Below the pieces are notes generated by a model that did not search any database, was not told where the DNA came from, and worked only from the letters and a program-made list of their open reading frames with translations. From Nageia nagi (taxonomy: Eukaryota > Plantae > Pinophyta): a stretch of DNA of 64,000 nt. The stretch lies in the NCBI GenBank assembly GCA_050084985.1, contig JBITNC010000001.1, forward strand, positions 215,822,001-215,886,000, written 5' to 3'. The translations under genes were made by a program, and so were the position numbers. Position 1 is the stretch's first letter; each line of letters begins with the position of its first letter. Of this stretch, positions 40,501 through 53,800 are shown piece after piece.

Positions 40501-43500
40501 AGGCCTTTGCTTGCTGTGAAGTAGCAGGTATACCAAATAAGAGTTGAGGTAGAATTTGCATGTGGTTCCCACTAATGACAACTGGTCCATGATGCTACCA
40601 CTCAACACCTTACTCCACTTGATCTTCTTCCCTATAGATATCTCTACGATGAAGCCAAAGAACTCCTTCCAGAATTTTGGGTGCATCCTCCTTCCCGAGA
40701 ACTCTTGACAACATGAGGATCATTAATTCCACAGACGGATAGAAGTGGGAACGAGGGGCATTGATGAATGCGTTGCCCTTTAGGCCATTGTGTTCGTCCA
40801 GCATCCAACTCTTGATCACCGTGGCTGCCCTATTTGTGTCTCGATAGCATGCCAACGACTCTTCCTCCGTATACTCAAATTTGCCCTCTGAATTCCACTA
40901 AAATATTGTCTTGATGGCTTCAAGGCTGAAGTCCATGATAATATTGCCTTTGATGTCATGGAGCACTCTTTCGCCCTTCTTCCAATGCTGGCCAATCTCC
41001 AAGCACAACTCTGGGAACGGAGTTGTGAATGGGACAAAGGTGCAATTTGAGAGCCCAGAGAAGAAGACAATGTCTTGTTTCAACTCACTGATTGACATGT
41101 TCCTGATCGTCTCCCTCATCTACATTGGATCCACCTTTTGCCAGTCTGTGTCTCCGATGGTGGTCTTGCCTCTCACAAATGGTGATGATACAATCCTGCC
41201 TCAACCTCTCAAGGTCCCTAGCAAAGTCTAAAGTTGAATTACCCTTGGAGGAAGTCATGATGTTCTAACTTGCAACGTTGCTCCTCAAGAGTGGTGCGCA
41301 GGTTTCTAGGCGAATAAGACACCCACGTTGGAGTAGCTTGCCTCCCAAATGCTTGCGCAAGCCCTAGGATGCATGAATGATGGAATTTGAGCACAAAGAT
41401 CTGCAACGTGCTGCTATTCTGGTGTAAAAATGGAAGAGGAGCGAATTCTAGATTTGAAAAAATGAGGTCCCAAGCTTGTATTTATAGCCCAACTGGCTCC
41501 CAACTTGCCCTAGTCGGCTAGGGTTACTGGCAAACATCATCTCAATCCTCCATTTGGCCGACCTTGAGATGTGTGCTAGCCCAAAAATTCATGAAAAACT
41601 GTCTATTCCCAGACGTTGGGGATTTGGAGCTCAAAGTGGCTTGCGCATGACAAAAAAAGACAAAATTGTGACTTTTTAAATCATGCGCCAACCTTGGGGG
41701 TGAGCATGCTCCCAATGTTAGGTCTCTTGCTTGCTTGCTTACCTGCCTTGATCACCAACTTACTGAGTCACCTGATTTCTCTCGATTTTTGGTCTTCCTA
41801 TCGACTGGACTTGATAATTTTAATCTTTCATCTCAACCTGGGCAACCTATAAGCTTGGCACATGGTTCCAAAAGTCAAGTTTGTGACTTTTTGAGACATG
41901 CACCAACCTTGCCTGCTCGTCCAACCTGATCACATGGTTCAAAAAGACAAGATTTTGTCTTTTTGAATCATGCACCAGCCTCCAGATGGCCTAATTTTCG
42001 TGATTTGATACTTAAGTGCTCATGCCTTTGCCAAATTTTTATCTCTCTGGGACCCTAGAGGCTTCCTAGGCTTGGTGCATACCTCAAAAAGTCAAGAATT
42101 TGTCTTTTGAGATCATGTACCAACCCCCCTAGGTGTGCTTGAGCTGATCTTGAGGTTTCTAGGTCCATGACTTGTCGAATTTTTCCCTGTTGCTTGAACT
42201 GGAAGCCCTTCTAGGCTTGGTGCATTGTTCAAAAAGACAAGATGGCATGCGCCAGCCTCCTGAGCACCTTAGGTTCATTTCCCGACTCTCGAACTTGATC
42301 AATTCCTCCTCCTGGCCAGGTCGCATGGTTCAAAAAGACAAGATTTTGTCTTTTGAAACCATGTGCTAGCCTTGTTATGCCCTTGCCTTAGACTTTTCGT
42401 GCTCCACTTCATTCCAGCCTGCTTCCTGTGCTTGGCGCATGCCCAGGAAAGACAAGATTTTGTCTCCCCAAGATTGCATTTTCAAGTCTCACTTCCAATT
42501 GACGGCCTCCAGGCCCTATTGCATGATTACAAAAGACAAGAATGTCTTTTTGAACCATGCGCCAACCCTTGGAGATGCCCAATTTGAGTTGGTTAGGCTC
42601 CGAGTCTTCCTAGACTCCCTGGTTCACCTAAGGTCAACTTTACACTTTCCAGACTTAGCCATTTTTTTAGGAATTTCAAAATTTCTAACTTGGTATGACT
42701 AACCCTAGGCGTAGAATGAGGCTTGAACCAAAGAAGAATTGTCTATGAATCTGGGTCTTTGCGGCACAACTTGGGTGGGACAAGACGACGACACAACGAA
42801 GTATATACATCACAGGTTAAGGGTTCCCAAAATCACATGATTTTGGGGCATGTAGTGTTTTAGTCACAACACAAAGGAGTATACAAGATCACATGTAAAT
42901 GTAGTACTAGTACATCATACATTGATCAAATAAGTAGACAATGTAATCCAGGGCAAGGGAACATAGTGCTGATCCACAATGTAATAGAATCCATATGTCT
43001 GCCTTTACAAACATGCAAACATAACAAAATATCACAAGCACATTGAACATGTTAAAATGTTGGCCAGGTACAATAATTTCAAGGAATAAAGAATCCGAAG
43101 CTCAAAATCAAATTCAATCTGAATAATATCAACAGGGACCAAGGTCTTAAAATCAGTAGGGTCTAGCTTCCGATTATAATTTAATCTTCAAGCAAAGTAT
43201 TAAATATGAAAAGCTATATCATGAGGATAGTAATTATTAATTATTGAATATTATTGGGTGACTATGCCTGTTGTGGTTTTTCTCAAAATTGACTTAATGT
43301 CATCTATATTATTTTCTTAACCCTGCGAGTCTACCAACAGGTCCCACAGATTCGACCCAAAATGTTAAAGCTCTTATACTCTGATGCAAGATCGCCAAAA
43401 ATCATGTATCAAATGATTAGTATTCTGCCTTCAGAAGAGCCATTGGACATCACATTTTTTATCTCTACTCACGAACCTTTATGATTTGTAAGAACACAAA

Positions 43501-44776
43501 TATATTTTGTACATAGTACATTAAAATATCAATAGCATTTGAATTCCTGAATGCAAAAATATATCACTGTTTATAAAGCATGTTAAGAACTACTAAGTAT
43601 GGGATTGTTATCTTTTACATAGAAAGAAAATTGTCCGCTCCTATTTTCAATGCATCTTTTTCCCCAACAACAGTGTTTCAAATAATTCATACAACCTGCA
43701 ATTAGAATCATAACACAATGGAGCCTTAGAAAGAAAAGGCAGACGACAGAGTTCTATGAAACTAGGACAGTGAATGATAGAAGCATGATCTTGGACATCA
43801 AAGGAAAATCAGAAGAGGGGGCTATAACCAACAGAAACGAATCTCACCCCTTGTCCGATTGTATGTTGAAGAACAATCTATGTACCTTGTTAATTGTTTC
43901 AATAACTTTGTTTCCCTGATATAACCCAAAAAAGTGACCTTTAATCCGTCTTGGACATAGTTGGACCAGAGTCTCATTTATTATCTACAACATGAGCCCA
44001 TGATTCTCAAATTTCATTGTTTTTATTTTATCAACTGAATACTCTGTTAATAATTTCCAATATCCACTGCGCTAAATAGAAGTTTCAACAGAAAATATGA
44101 TCTCCAGCATGATAACTGGCCTTGAAGAAAGATAATTTAATGAGCAGTAAGGTTTACTTCAAGAGGGAAATGTCTTTTCCCTATTTTGACCTCATGTAGC
44201 TTGATTGTTTCAACCATTAAACATTGCACACTCAATTACAAGAAAAGGCATGATAGGTATATGATTATTCTAATGACAACTGGAATGTATCCAGATTAAC
44301 AATGATGCTCTTCCATAAACAAAAACACGATTTTTATGATTTTAATTTTTTAATACTAAAATGTTTCATTCATTCATACTAAACACATCGACATGTTTAT
44401 TTCAAGGGGATAAATATCTTTTTCCTATTTTGATCTCATTTTACCTTGTTTTTTCCATAGTTAAACTGTGCATATTCAATTACAAGAAAAGCTATGATTC
44501 ATAAGGTTTAAGGATCGGTTTATGATTCTTCTAATGACAACTGAAATTTATCCACTTTAAAAATGATGCTCCTACATAAACAAAAACAGAACTTATGATT
44601 TCAAGTTTTCTAAAATCATACATAAATGCTTCATTTTCATCCCTACTAAATGCATTGCAAAGCATATAAAGTAACACAATTTGGCAAACTGCTTGAACTC
44701 TAGTAAGTATATGCTAGAATTACAGTAAAAGATTCATAGAAAGACAATAACTGCACTGTCTTCAGGAAACCAGCTC

Positions 44777-44839
<63 letters not shown>

Positions 44840-47800
44840 TCATTAACTTACCACAATAATAGGTAGTCAGAACACGAGCATCTGGAGCAAGTGACCTTAT
44901 TTCAGTTGACATGATACGAATCATGTCATACTGTTCCAAATTTAATGGCTGACAAACGTAGCACAAATTGAGTTTTAGATAATTCATTATCATGTAGAAC
45001 ATTAAAAGATAAATGTATCAATGGTCAATCAAATACAGCAATACAGCTAATAATACAGATATCAATCTAATTAATTCAGATATCACCCCATAAAATAGGG
45101 ATTCCAAGTGCTTAATTCAACAGTTTGAATTGCTAGAGCATACCTCATCCCATAAATAAAAATACGACTTCTTCCAATGTGGCTTTGTCTTTAAAACCTC
45201 AATTTCTTTCCTCAATACATCTTTGGCCTCATAGGTACTTGAATAATAAAGGAACAATTAATCAGTTTCCATTAATACTTCAACATGCATTTGTTACATA
45301 AAAACCAAACATTTGAGGAATTTTGCAACGCAACAATTACCTTGATAGAACAGGAGCATAAGGTACTGCATAAACAGCTAATCTTGGATCAGAATAGTAT
45401 TCTTCCGCTTTTGGATGATCAGCTAGCAAACACAAAAGGGATGATTTAATTAACAAAACAAATGGTATTTTCTCAATTTATCTTTCTGTGAAAAATAAGA
45501 AAAATTACACATACAAGAATTTTGTATATATTACCAGGCCAGGGACAAGTATATGTCAGAACACGCATGTTGTCACCCCATCTGCAAAAAAAGGGACTTA
45601 TTCTGTACTGCAGCAGCCACTTATAATGCATGTCTAGTGACCCATACCAGGCTTCACTTCCATGCTCCAAACCAAAACGATCTTCAATCACAGTCTCAGA
45701 TATCTGGATTAAAATAGTCAAGCAAACTCTATATAGAACTGCAAATCTCAATGTGACAAATGTTTCAAACCAAAATAGAAAACATGACATTTGTTCACTC
45801 CTTGTCATCCAAGCATTTCCTTTGACAAGCAAAGTGCTCAAGTTGTTACATGTGCATGCAGATTCTTAAGCAAGTAAACTTCTTAAAGTATAATGAATTC
45901 ACAAAAAAAGGTATCATAAACAGCTATATCCAAGGTACGTTATAAGATCAGTGCACATGAATGTACAAGACAAGACATATGAATAACCATATACGAAGTA
46001 CGAAATAAACACAAGGTAGATAGACTAGATACTACCATGCACTATTTGTTCGCAGATTATGCCTGCTAGCATCCTCATCAATGAACATCATCAATGGACA
46101 TTTACACAATACTGCAAACCATATACATATGGTGTATCAGATTGTCCATATTAAACCCTACTCATAGCCCCCCTTTCAAGCCCACTAACCAGCATGTTGT
46201 TAATAACCATGACAAGAACTTGTCACCATATCCAGCAGAGGGCCAAAGCAAGATATGCTTGAGACATACCATACGGAGTACATTTTGCAAAGTACAACAT
46301 TCAATAGCAGGTGAGCTTCGGACAGATACCCATACACTTCGTTTTTTGACATGAGATGCAACACATTTCAAATTTTCTGAAGACACAGCACATCCTTCTT
46401 TTTTTCCATGTCAAAAGATAATCCAATTATTAAAAATATGCTTTGACAAATTGTGTTCAGTACTACAGTTACATGTGATGTGTTAAGAAAGCGCCTCAAT
46501 CACACACCTTATTGAGTTTAGTGTGGTTTATGATGTCGTCTTGTGCCTAATTTTGGAGAATATTCTTTCAGACTCTTTGCCCTAGAGCTAAATACACAAA
46601 CTAATTTATAAAATTCACTTCCATCATTCTATTTTTGTAAAACAAATTATGAAATTATTTACCTTGGGAACATATATCAAGTAGGGTTGATAAGGCACTC
46701 CGCATGTAACACAGATCTTAAATGTTTTTGATTTGTGCCTTCAATTCTAGCAAATACATATGCAAAATTGCAGATACTACTTCACAAATGCCAATGAACA
46801 TGACAGACCACAATACCAGTAAAAATTTGCTTGCAAATACCTGAGAGCAATACCAAGCTTAAATATGTTAAATAGTAAACCATGACATAGAAGCACAAAG
46901 ATATTTCAGCTCCCCCATGGGCTGATGCTGGATGGAGGCCATCCAGGCAGCTCATGTAGCATCTCCTGACATTTCTGCAAATGCCTCACAACATTCTGTG
47001 AACTTCCACATTGCCCCGCCAAAGCCGTTATATCTAAAGAAAATGATTCTGTTTGAGTTTTGCATCATAAAATCCATTCCATCTTTAAAATGTTTTGTTT
47101 CCTGATTCATTATATGGCCTTCAAGGATTCTATTGCGTTTACAGCTTGTAAATCATATTGTTTTCCTTTAGAGTACTTCAATCCTGTGCGGCATATCTAT
47201 TTTAAACATAAAAGGATTTCATATTCAAACCAGTTTTTGTGTCTTATGTTATCAACTAGTGACAGTTCCATTGTAAATATAATTATAGCAGTATATTAAA
47301 TAGAAATATTTTTTAAAAAATCCAGAAAGACCATCCGAAACAAAATCATTTACATTTTGTACTAAACTTACTGTCTGCATGTAACCAGACTAGATACCCC
47401 ATCGTTACTCATTTCAATATTTGTATATATCATCTCTCCGTTCCCAAATATCATTCTCAAATTATTTTTTCATGTCGTGGTGTATTATATCTCTCTTCTT
47501 TTGGAGTTCTATATTGCTCATACATATTTATCTTTGTTTAATGCTCGGTTAATGGAACTGCTGAATGTATGATATAAATTTGTGATTATCATTCACATTA
47601 TAGTTTCCTGTCAAACATCAGAGTTCCAGATTTCCACATCTCTAACAAATCAAGAACTTGCAGAGACCTCCTTGTGATTTTTTTCCACGTTTAGGGAAAA
47701 AAGGGACGTTGACTTTGATCATTGAACTGTATTAGGATAGAAGTAAAAAGGCTTCATCTGAAATTTCAGTCAATTTGGTGTTTAGTGGTCGAAATTTCAG

Positions 47801-50800
47801 TAGAACCAAAAGGAATTTTTATAAATAATCTGCATTTTAAGAATCTATGCTAAAATGAAAGGGTCACCATCTCTTGGCTTTGCAACTGTGGCAGCTCAAT
47901 CATGGTATCGTGTCTGTCAAATTAAGTGTGCAGATCAATGCTTGTCACAAGAAATGGTGGATTGAATCCTTTTTAGATCAGTAGTGCGACACCTTCAATA
48001 TTTGACCAATAATGGGACCAACATTTACTCTCTCTTACCTTTCAAAGTTTCAACAAGACCCACATGAGTCACATTAGAGAGTGCCCAAATGTATTGAGGT
48101 ATGTGAAGAAGGCCTATCACAAAGACATCTTCACAAGAGGTAGAACTCCCACATTTGTGGAACGCTCAAGTTATAATTGAGGTGATGACCAAGATTATTG
48201 GATGTCAACTAGTAGAAATGTGTTTTCTTTTGAATCTGGTCCTATAAAATGGTTGAGCAAAAAGCATAATGCATGTTCCTGGTCCTTTGTCAAGGCCATC
48301 TATCAAAATGTCATGGAAACTGGTTAGGAAGCAGTGTGGTTCAGATAATCATTGCACAAGGTTAGCTTGCCTCAGGATATTTGGTTTGTGGGTGCATTGT
48401 GTTGACGTGATTTTGTTTACCCGCCCATGAAAAACAACACCATAAAGAGTGAGGTAGCGTTTGGTGTTCTTTTGTAACAGAAGTGGCTCAAGTAAGAATA
48501 TGCTCAGGGTGGTTAACTCACAAAGTAATTACTTACCTCCGACTATATGCAGATTGCAGAAACGATCATTCATCCATTTAAGAAAGGCATTCAATCATCT
48601 TTCCCTAAAGTGCTGAACTTTCAAAGGAAATCCTCGTAAATGCATAAATGATACAACAACATGTACTTCATGCCATATGCGCAACTACAATCCCATGAAA
48701 TAAAAAATCACAATTCTATTAATAACAGAGTTTTCCAGAGTGATTAATCATACATACATGCAATGGAAACTTCAACTGCAAAAATATGCTCCAAAAATAT
48801 GCTCCTTAAAAGATTTGATAAAAGCAACTACAAAGTCTCTATGCTCATATCCTTCATCTATCTATGTAGCTCTATCCATCTATCTATCTCTGTATATCTC
48901 AAAAATGACCCGGTTATGGGTACTAATAGTATGCCTCTGACAACTTCATTAAATGAAGCGTCGCCCTAACATTGATTATAGAGTTGCCCTAAACAACCAT
49001 GCAACCCTAATACTATATCGAAAAAACACAAAAACCATCAACAAAAAGAAAAACTGCAGCTAAACAACACCGCTCAATGTCACGTCAATCACATCAGTAT
49101 CTGATCACACCCGATCAAATCAGATTTTATCCATCCGTCAAATCAAAAGTCTTTTTGCAACTATTGAAGCAAAAACTCATCCGTCACAGTGCAAAATTTA
49201 AAATATGAAAGTTTTAACAAAAAATAAAAATATGCATTTATCCAATCATCCCTCTGTGGGACTGATAGCATGGGCAACAGCAAAGAAATCCTCAAGAATC
49301 CCATGAGACTTGTCATCAAAGAAGGCCTTGGCCTTGGCGAGTGCTACAGTGAGCGCATCCAGCAACTCCTCATCCTTTCTGTTGCGGAAGTCAAGGATGA
49401 ACTAAGAGGTGGCCTCCATCTAAAATTTCCAGACGGCCAAACTTTGTTGATTCTCAATGTGAGTTCCGGCTCTCAGCAAATTCACATCCTTTGTGAAGAT
49501 GAGCTCCCATATGATGTTTTGATTTTCTTGTACCACGAGCTCAACTCGCCTTGCACTTCCATCTTTATTTATAAAGCTAATTGGCTGCACGAACTGGCTC
49601 ATCTGAAAAGTCAAGGCAAACATCAATTCAATCCTTGCCTGTGTGAGATTGGCACATTCCCCCATAGCGAACCTTAACCAATGCAGATGATAGGCAAATT
49701 CCTAACAATACTGAACTCGACTAAGCTGTCCTTCCAATGCTTTTTTGATGTTTTGGATAGCATGCTCATGATTTTGAAAGTCATGCAGTAGCTGGGAGAC
49801 AGCAACTGTCGTACTCTCTTTTGTCTTTTGTTCGTCTATAAGGGAAACTAGCCGGAGCAAGAGCTCATTGACCACCCTCATCACTGCATTGACCAAAGTC
49901 TCCTTGGTTGAAGTTATGTCAATGTTTAGTGAGGTCTGCACTTTAATATCTTCAATGGTCATCTTAGCAGCTTCTATCTCTTTTACCAACTTGTTCTTCC
50001 AAGCCAGATCCTTCTTCAATTCTTTGAGTGTATTTTCTCTCTCGATCTCCTGTTTGACCATCTCCTCTACATTGTAATTAATAGCATGCTTGCGATCACC
50101 CCACCCAATCTACTTGACCTTGAACTCCTCGGTGTGGACCCGCACGTTCTACAAATCCTGTGGATGTTTCTTCGTGGAGTAGCATCGGTTTATGGTCACT
50201 TTATCAATCTTCATAGATATGAAAGTATCGATTTCTTCAATGGGAGAATCTTCTGACATATCTTCTCTCCTTTGGCTTGATTCATCATCATCGCTCTTAT
50301 AGCTTGTCTGAAGGTCTTTAAGGATTGCATCGATATCAAAATCATACTCCTATTATCCTGAGCTAGTTGCAACGTTGGTCAAAGTGGTGTCCATGTTTGT
50401 TGGAATGGACTCTCTGGGGATTTCTTCAATTCTCAGTTGTTGGCTCTTTACTTCAGCTAGTTTCTTCTTACTTATCAATGACCTACGATTGCCATGTTCT
50501 TGTTGCTTTCTTTTCTTTCTTTGCTCCTCACTTTCACCTTTATCCTCCTTGTCTCCCCCATCTCTAGTTGCAAAAGTTTTGCTTAGCTTTGAAGGCTTTC
50601 TAGGGGTCGTTAGAGAAGTCTCTTCCTAGGGGATGACGTTCTCTTCCTTCGTGGAGTGGCAGATTCTGAAGAAGCAACCTGCTTCACTAATGCCAACCTT
50701 GTGGGCAAAGCCTCGCCAATCTTCTCTGTCTCGGACTCCCCTTCATTGTCCACAATTTGGGTATCCTTCGTATTGGACTATGAGCCTTCGCCATCCTCAT

Positions 50801-53800
50801 GCTCCTTTTCAGTCTCTCCTTCTTCTGAATCCAATTCGTGCAAACCACAGGATTCAAAGGATGTCTCAGAATCGGAAGATGAGCTTGAAGGGTCAAGGTC
50901 TGCATGTTGGTTTGTAGTGGAAGCGTTCTCCTGGGTTTCAACCTCAATGGGCTCTAGGAATGTGTTTGCTACGTGTTCCTCGACAGGCATCAAGAGATTC
51001 GGGAGAGCCAAAGGATTCTCAACCCGGACAAGTACAATAGGCATCATGGGGACGTCCCTGGGGATGGCTTTCTCAAGCTGCTGGAGTGGGAAATCCGGAT
51101 ACCTTGTCTCTTTCATGATAGCTACATCCTTGGTGATCTCTTTGACAACAGTGTGAATCCTGAACTTAGCCCCACCCAAAGTGGTGTGCTCTCCTATTTG
51201 TCTCTGATGTTTCCTCACTCTCAAGGAGGAAGTGGATTTATCAGCTGAGATGGCCCGAGGATCATTCAGGCTTTGAATTCTTCTAACAATTCGTCCCTCA
51301 GCTACTAAGATCTGGTGAATATCCTAAATCTGTTTCTCCTCCCTCTTATTCATGTATCTCTCCTTATCTCCAAGAGCTCAATGCTCATAGATTACAGGAT
51401 TTCTAAATGCCTGTTTGTAGAATCACTGAATCCTTCCTTCAAGATTGTAGTGGGAGGTTGTCTCTGACTCTCCCCCTCACTGAAATGATAATAAGACAAT
51501 TCATTGCCCATCTCCTTAGCCTCCTGCCAAGTTGAGCAAGTGTATTCCCTGATTGAGATGGGGAGATTTGTTGTAGCATTCTTCTTTTTCCATACATTCT
51601 CATACAAAAATAATAACTGTCTGCAAAACTCCACAAGACTGAGGCAATTGTTGGCGTACTTGGGTAAGAGATAAGGCCTGACTTCAGAGACATAGACCCG
51701 AATGTAGGTGTGTGTGGGGTCTTCCAGCAAGTGATCTGCATGCCCCCGAATAGCCTCAACGGCAAGATCAGATATCCTCTTCACCATTTGTCTCCCCTTT
51801 ATCTCCTTGTAAATCTGATATTCCCATCCAACATTCCTCATGGCATAATAGTCCCCTCTTGACTCTAGCCACCACTTGGGGTAGACTCTCCATACAGGTT
51901 TCTCTAGATTGTTCAAGATCTCAACGTCTGTGTGGGCTGATTTCCTATTTTTGCCGTGGAGGAAGAGAAAAACTAGATAGAAATTCATATAAAATTTCTT
52001 TGAGGAGCCAATGTGGGCCAATTGGAACAAGAGGGAATCACTTATCACCCTACTCCACCTGATTTTCTGTCGATTCCTGATCACAGCAATGAATCCGGTA
52101 AACTCCCTTCGAAATTTGAAGTCATCCTCTTTGCTAGTGACCCTGGACAACATGCTGATGATCTTGGACACTATGGGGTAGAAGTGTTGCCTTTTTGCAT
52201 TTAGCAACTTATTCCCCGTAAATCCTTTGCTCTCATTCTCAGAATCTCGAGCCAATCTCCGATGAGATCTGCGACTCGTGGATATTTCTCATAGTATTCA
52301 AAGGAATCTTTCTCCATATAAACGACCCCCTCGTTACCCAATTTGAAGGTTTCCTCAATCCCCTGTGGAGAGAAATCGAGGATCTTATTGCCATCAGTGT
52401 TGTAAAGGGCTCAATCTTTGAAGTTGGCATGCCTACCTACTTCATAACACAGCTCGGGAAAAGGAACAGCAAAGGGAATTAGGGTGGTAGTAGCTAGTCC
52501 GAACGTGCATACCACTTCTTTTAGGATCTGGACCTTGTCTAATTCCCCAGTGGCTTGGAGTGTCCGAATTGGGTTAGTATGTGACCAGTTGGTATCCCGG
52601 ATGTTGATGAAACTATTCTTGAATTTAGCTTGTTTCTGAATACGATCAGTCAACCTGGCCAATTGCAACTCTCTGGTTTTTTCCCAACTTGGAATTAATC
52701 TTCACCATTCAGAATCTGCTCAAACAAACCAAGTTAGTAGTGATTGGACTTTGACAGATGTCGAACGTGGTGCAAGAAGGATGCAATGCCTGGCGGATCT
52801 TTATGCCTTTGTATGGATGCGAACTTTGGACTATGAATGTTTATGACAAGGTGGTCAACCTTTCCCAAATGCAACGTTGTTTATGATATTACTTCAATGC
52901 ATGAATGTGTGCACGTCGACCAGCCGATGGCCCTCTTTTTAAAATGCAAATGGACTTGAACCTGGTTGCACCAAATTGGAAGGATGCTTTCCGAACTTGG
53001 GCAAATGATGCTACTGCAAAAAGATGACTTCATGCAATGCGACAAAATGGAAGGTTCGACTAACTAAGACAAAACAAAAGACTTAACGTATGCATGGACC
53101 CACTTAGGACAAAATGCAGCTGCTACTCAAATGGCCATGTAGCGAAATTTTACTTGATTAATGCAAAAGGTGGTCACGTCCATTTAGAATGATGGACATC
53201 TATCTCCTAAGGACCATGCGACCAAATGCAATAATGAGTTAATGCAAGACACAAGGAATGCGACAAAACACAAGGTGTCAATGTTAATGCAAGGAGAAGG
53301 TGGTCGCATGCCTTTGGGAAGATGGATGTACGACTTAATAAAATCGTGTGACCAATAATGAAGTATCAAACTTGACTAAGTCACCCCCCTCTTTTCTTTT
53401 ATAGGTGCTCACGATTGCCAGATGGCAACTTTTTAGGAAGGAAACAAGTTTTTCAACAAGTGTCCCCTTTCATGCAAGAGTGGTTGCTAGCTTTTAGAGT
53501 GATGCAATTGTAACTTTGCTAGAACGTGCAACTAGACATAAATGAACTAAAGTGCCAAACTTGATCCAAAATGCAGTTAGGAGGGTGATCGCCCATTCTT
53601 CAAAAGATGCAAATGTGACTTCTTAAAACCATGCGATCACTTGAACCGGACTTGAATGCAAGGGAGGGGTGGTTGCATGTCTTCTAAAAGATGCAATTGA
53701 GACTTGCTAAAACCATGCGAACACTCCTAGAATTTGTTTGAGCTAATACTTAGCTAAATTTTGGAGGTGAAAGGGGGATCAAGACTTTTACAACAGATGA

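Larger units (their letters stand above)
39377..42871 (-). mobile_element. 5' part (U3) of a family A-like long LTR: palindrome array, TATA and ORF N-terminus
   Basis: Minus-strand start TGTTGTGAC similar to 4177/24477; 8 palindromes at 41645-42565; CTATAAATA at ~41480-41488; ORF from ATG at 41258. Confidence 0.8.

Noticed and set aside
46900-47050. GC-richer, exon-like patch inside the 11.4-kb intron
   Set aside because: No recognisable peptide in the plus-strand frames examined, and the host protein is already continuous (PAVFG|ISETV) without it.
50375-51248. Plus-strand Ser-rich ORFs up to 166 aa
   Set aside because: Antisense shadows of the acidic linker of the minus-strand LTR ORF.
49246-52708. 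Calling the LTR ORF an env gene
   Set aside because: No evident signal peptide or clear transmembrane segment, and it lies within U3; no product name can be supported without a profile search.
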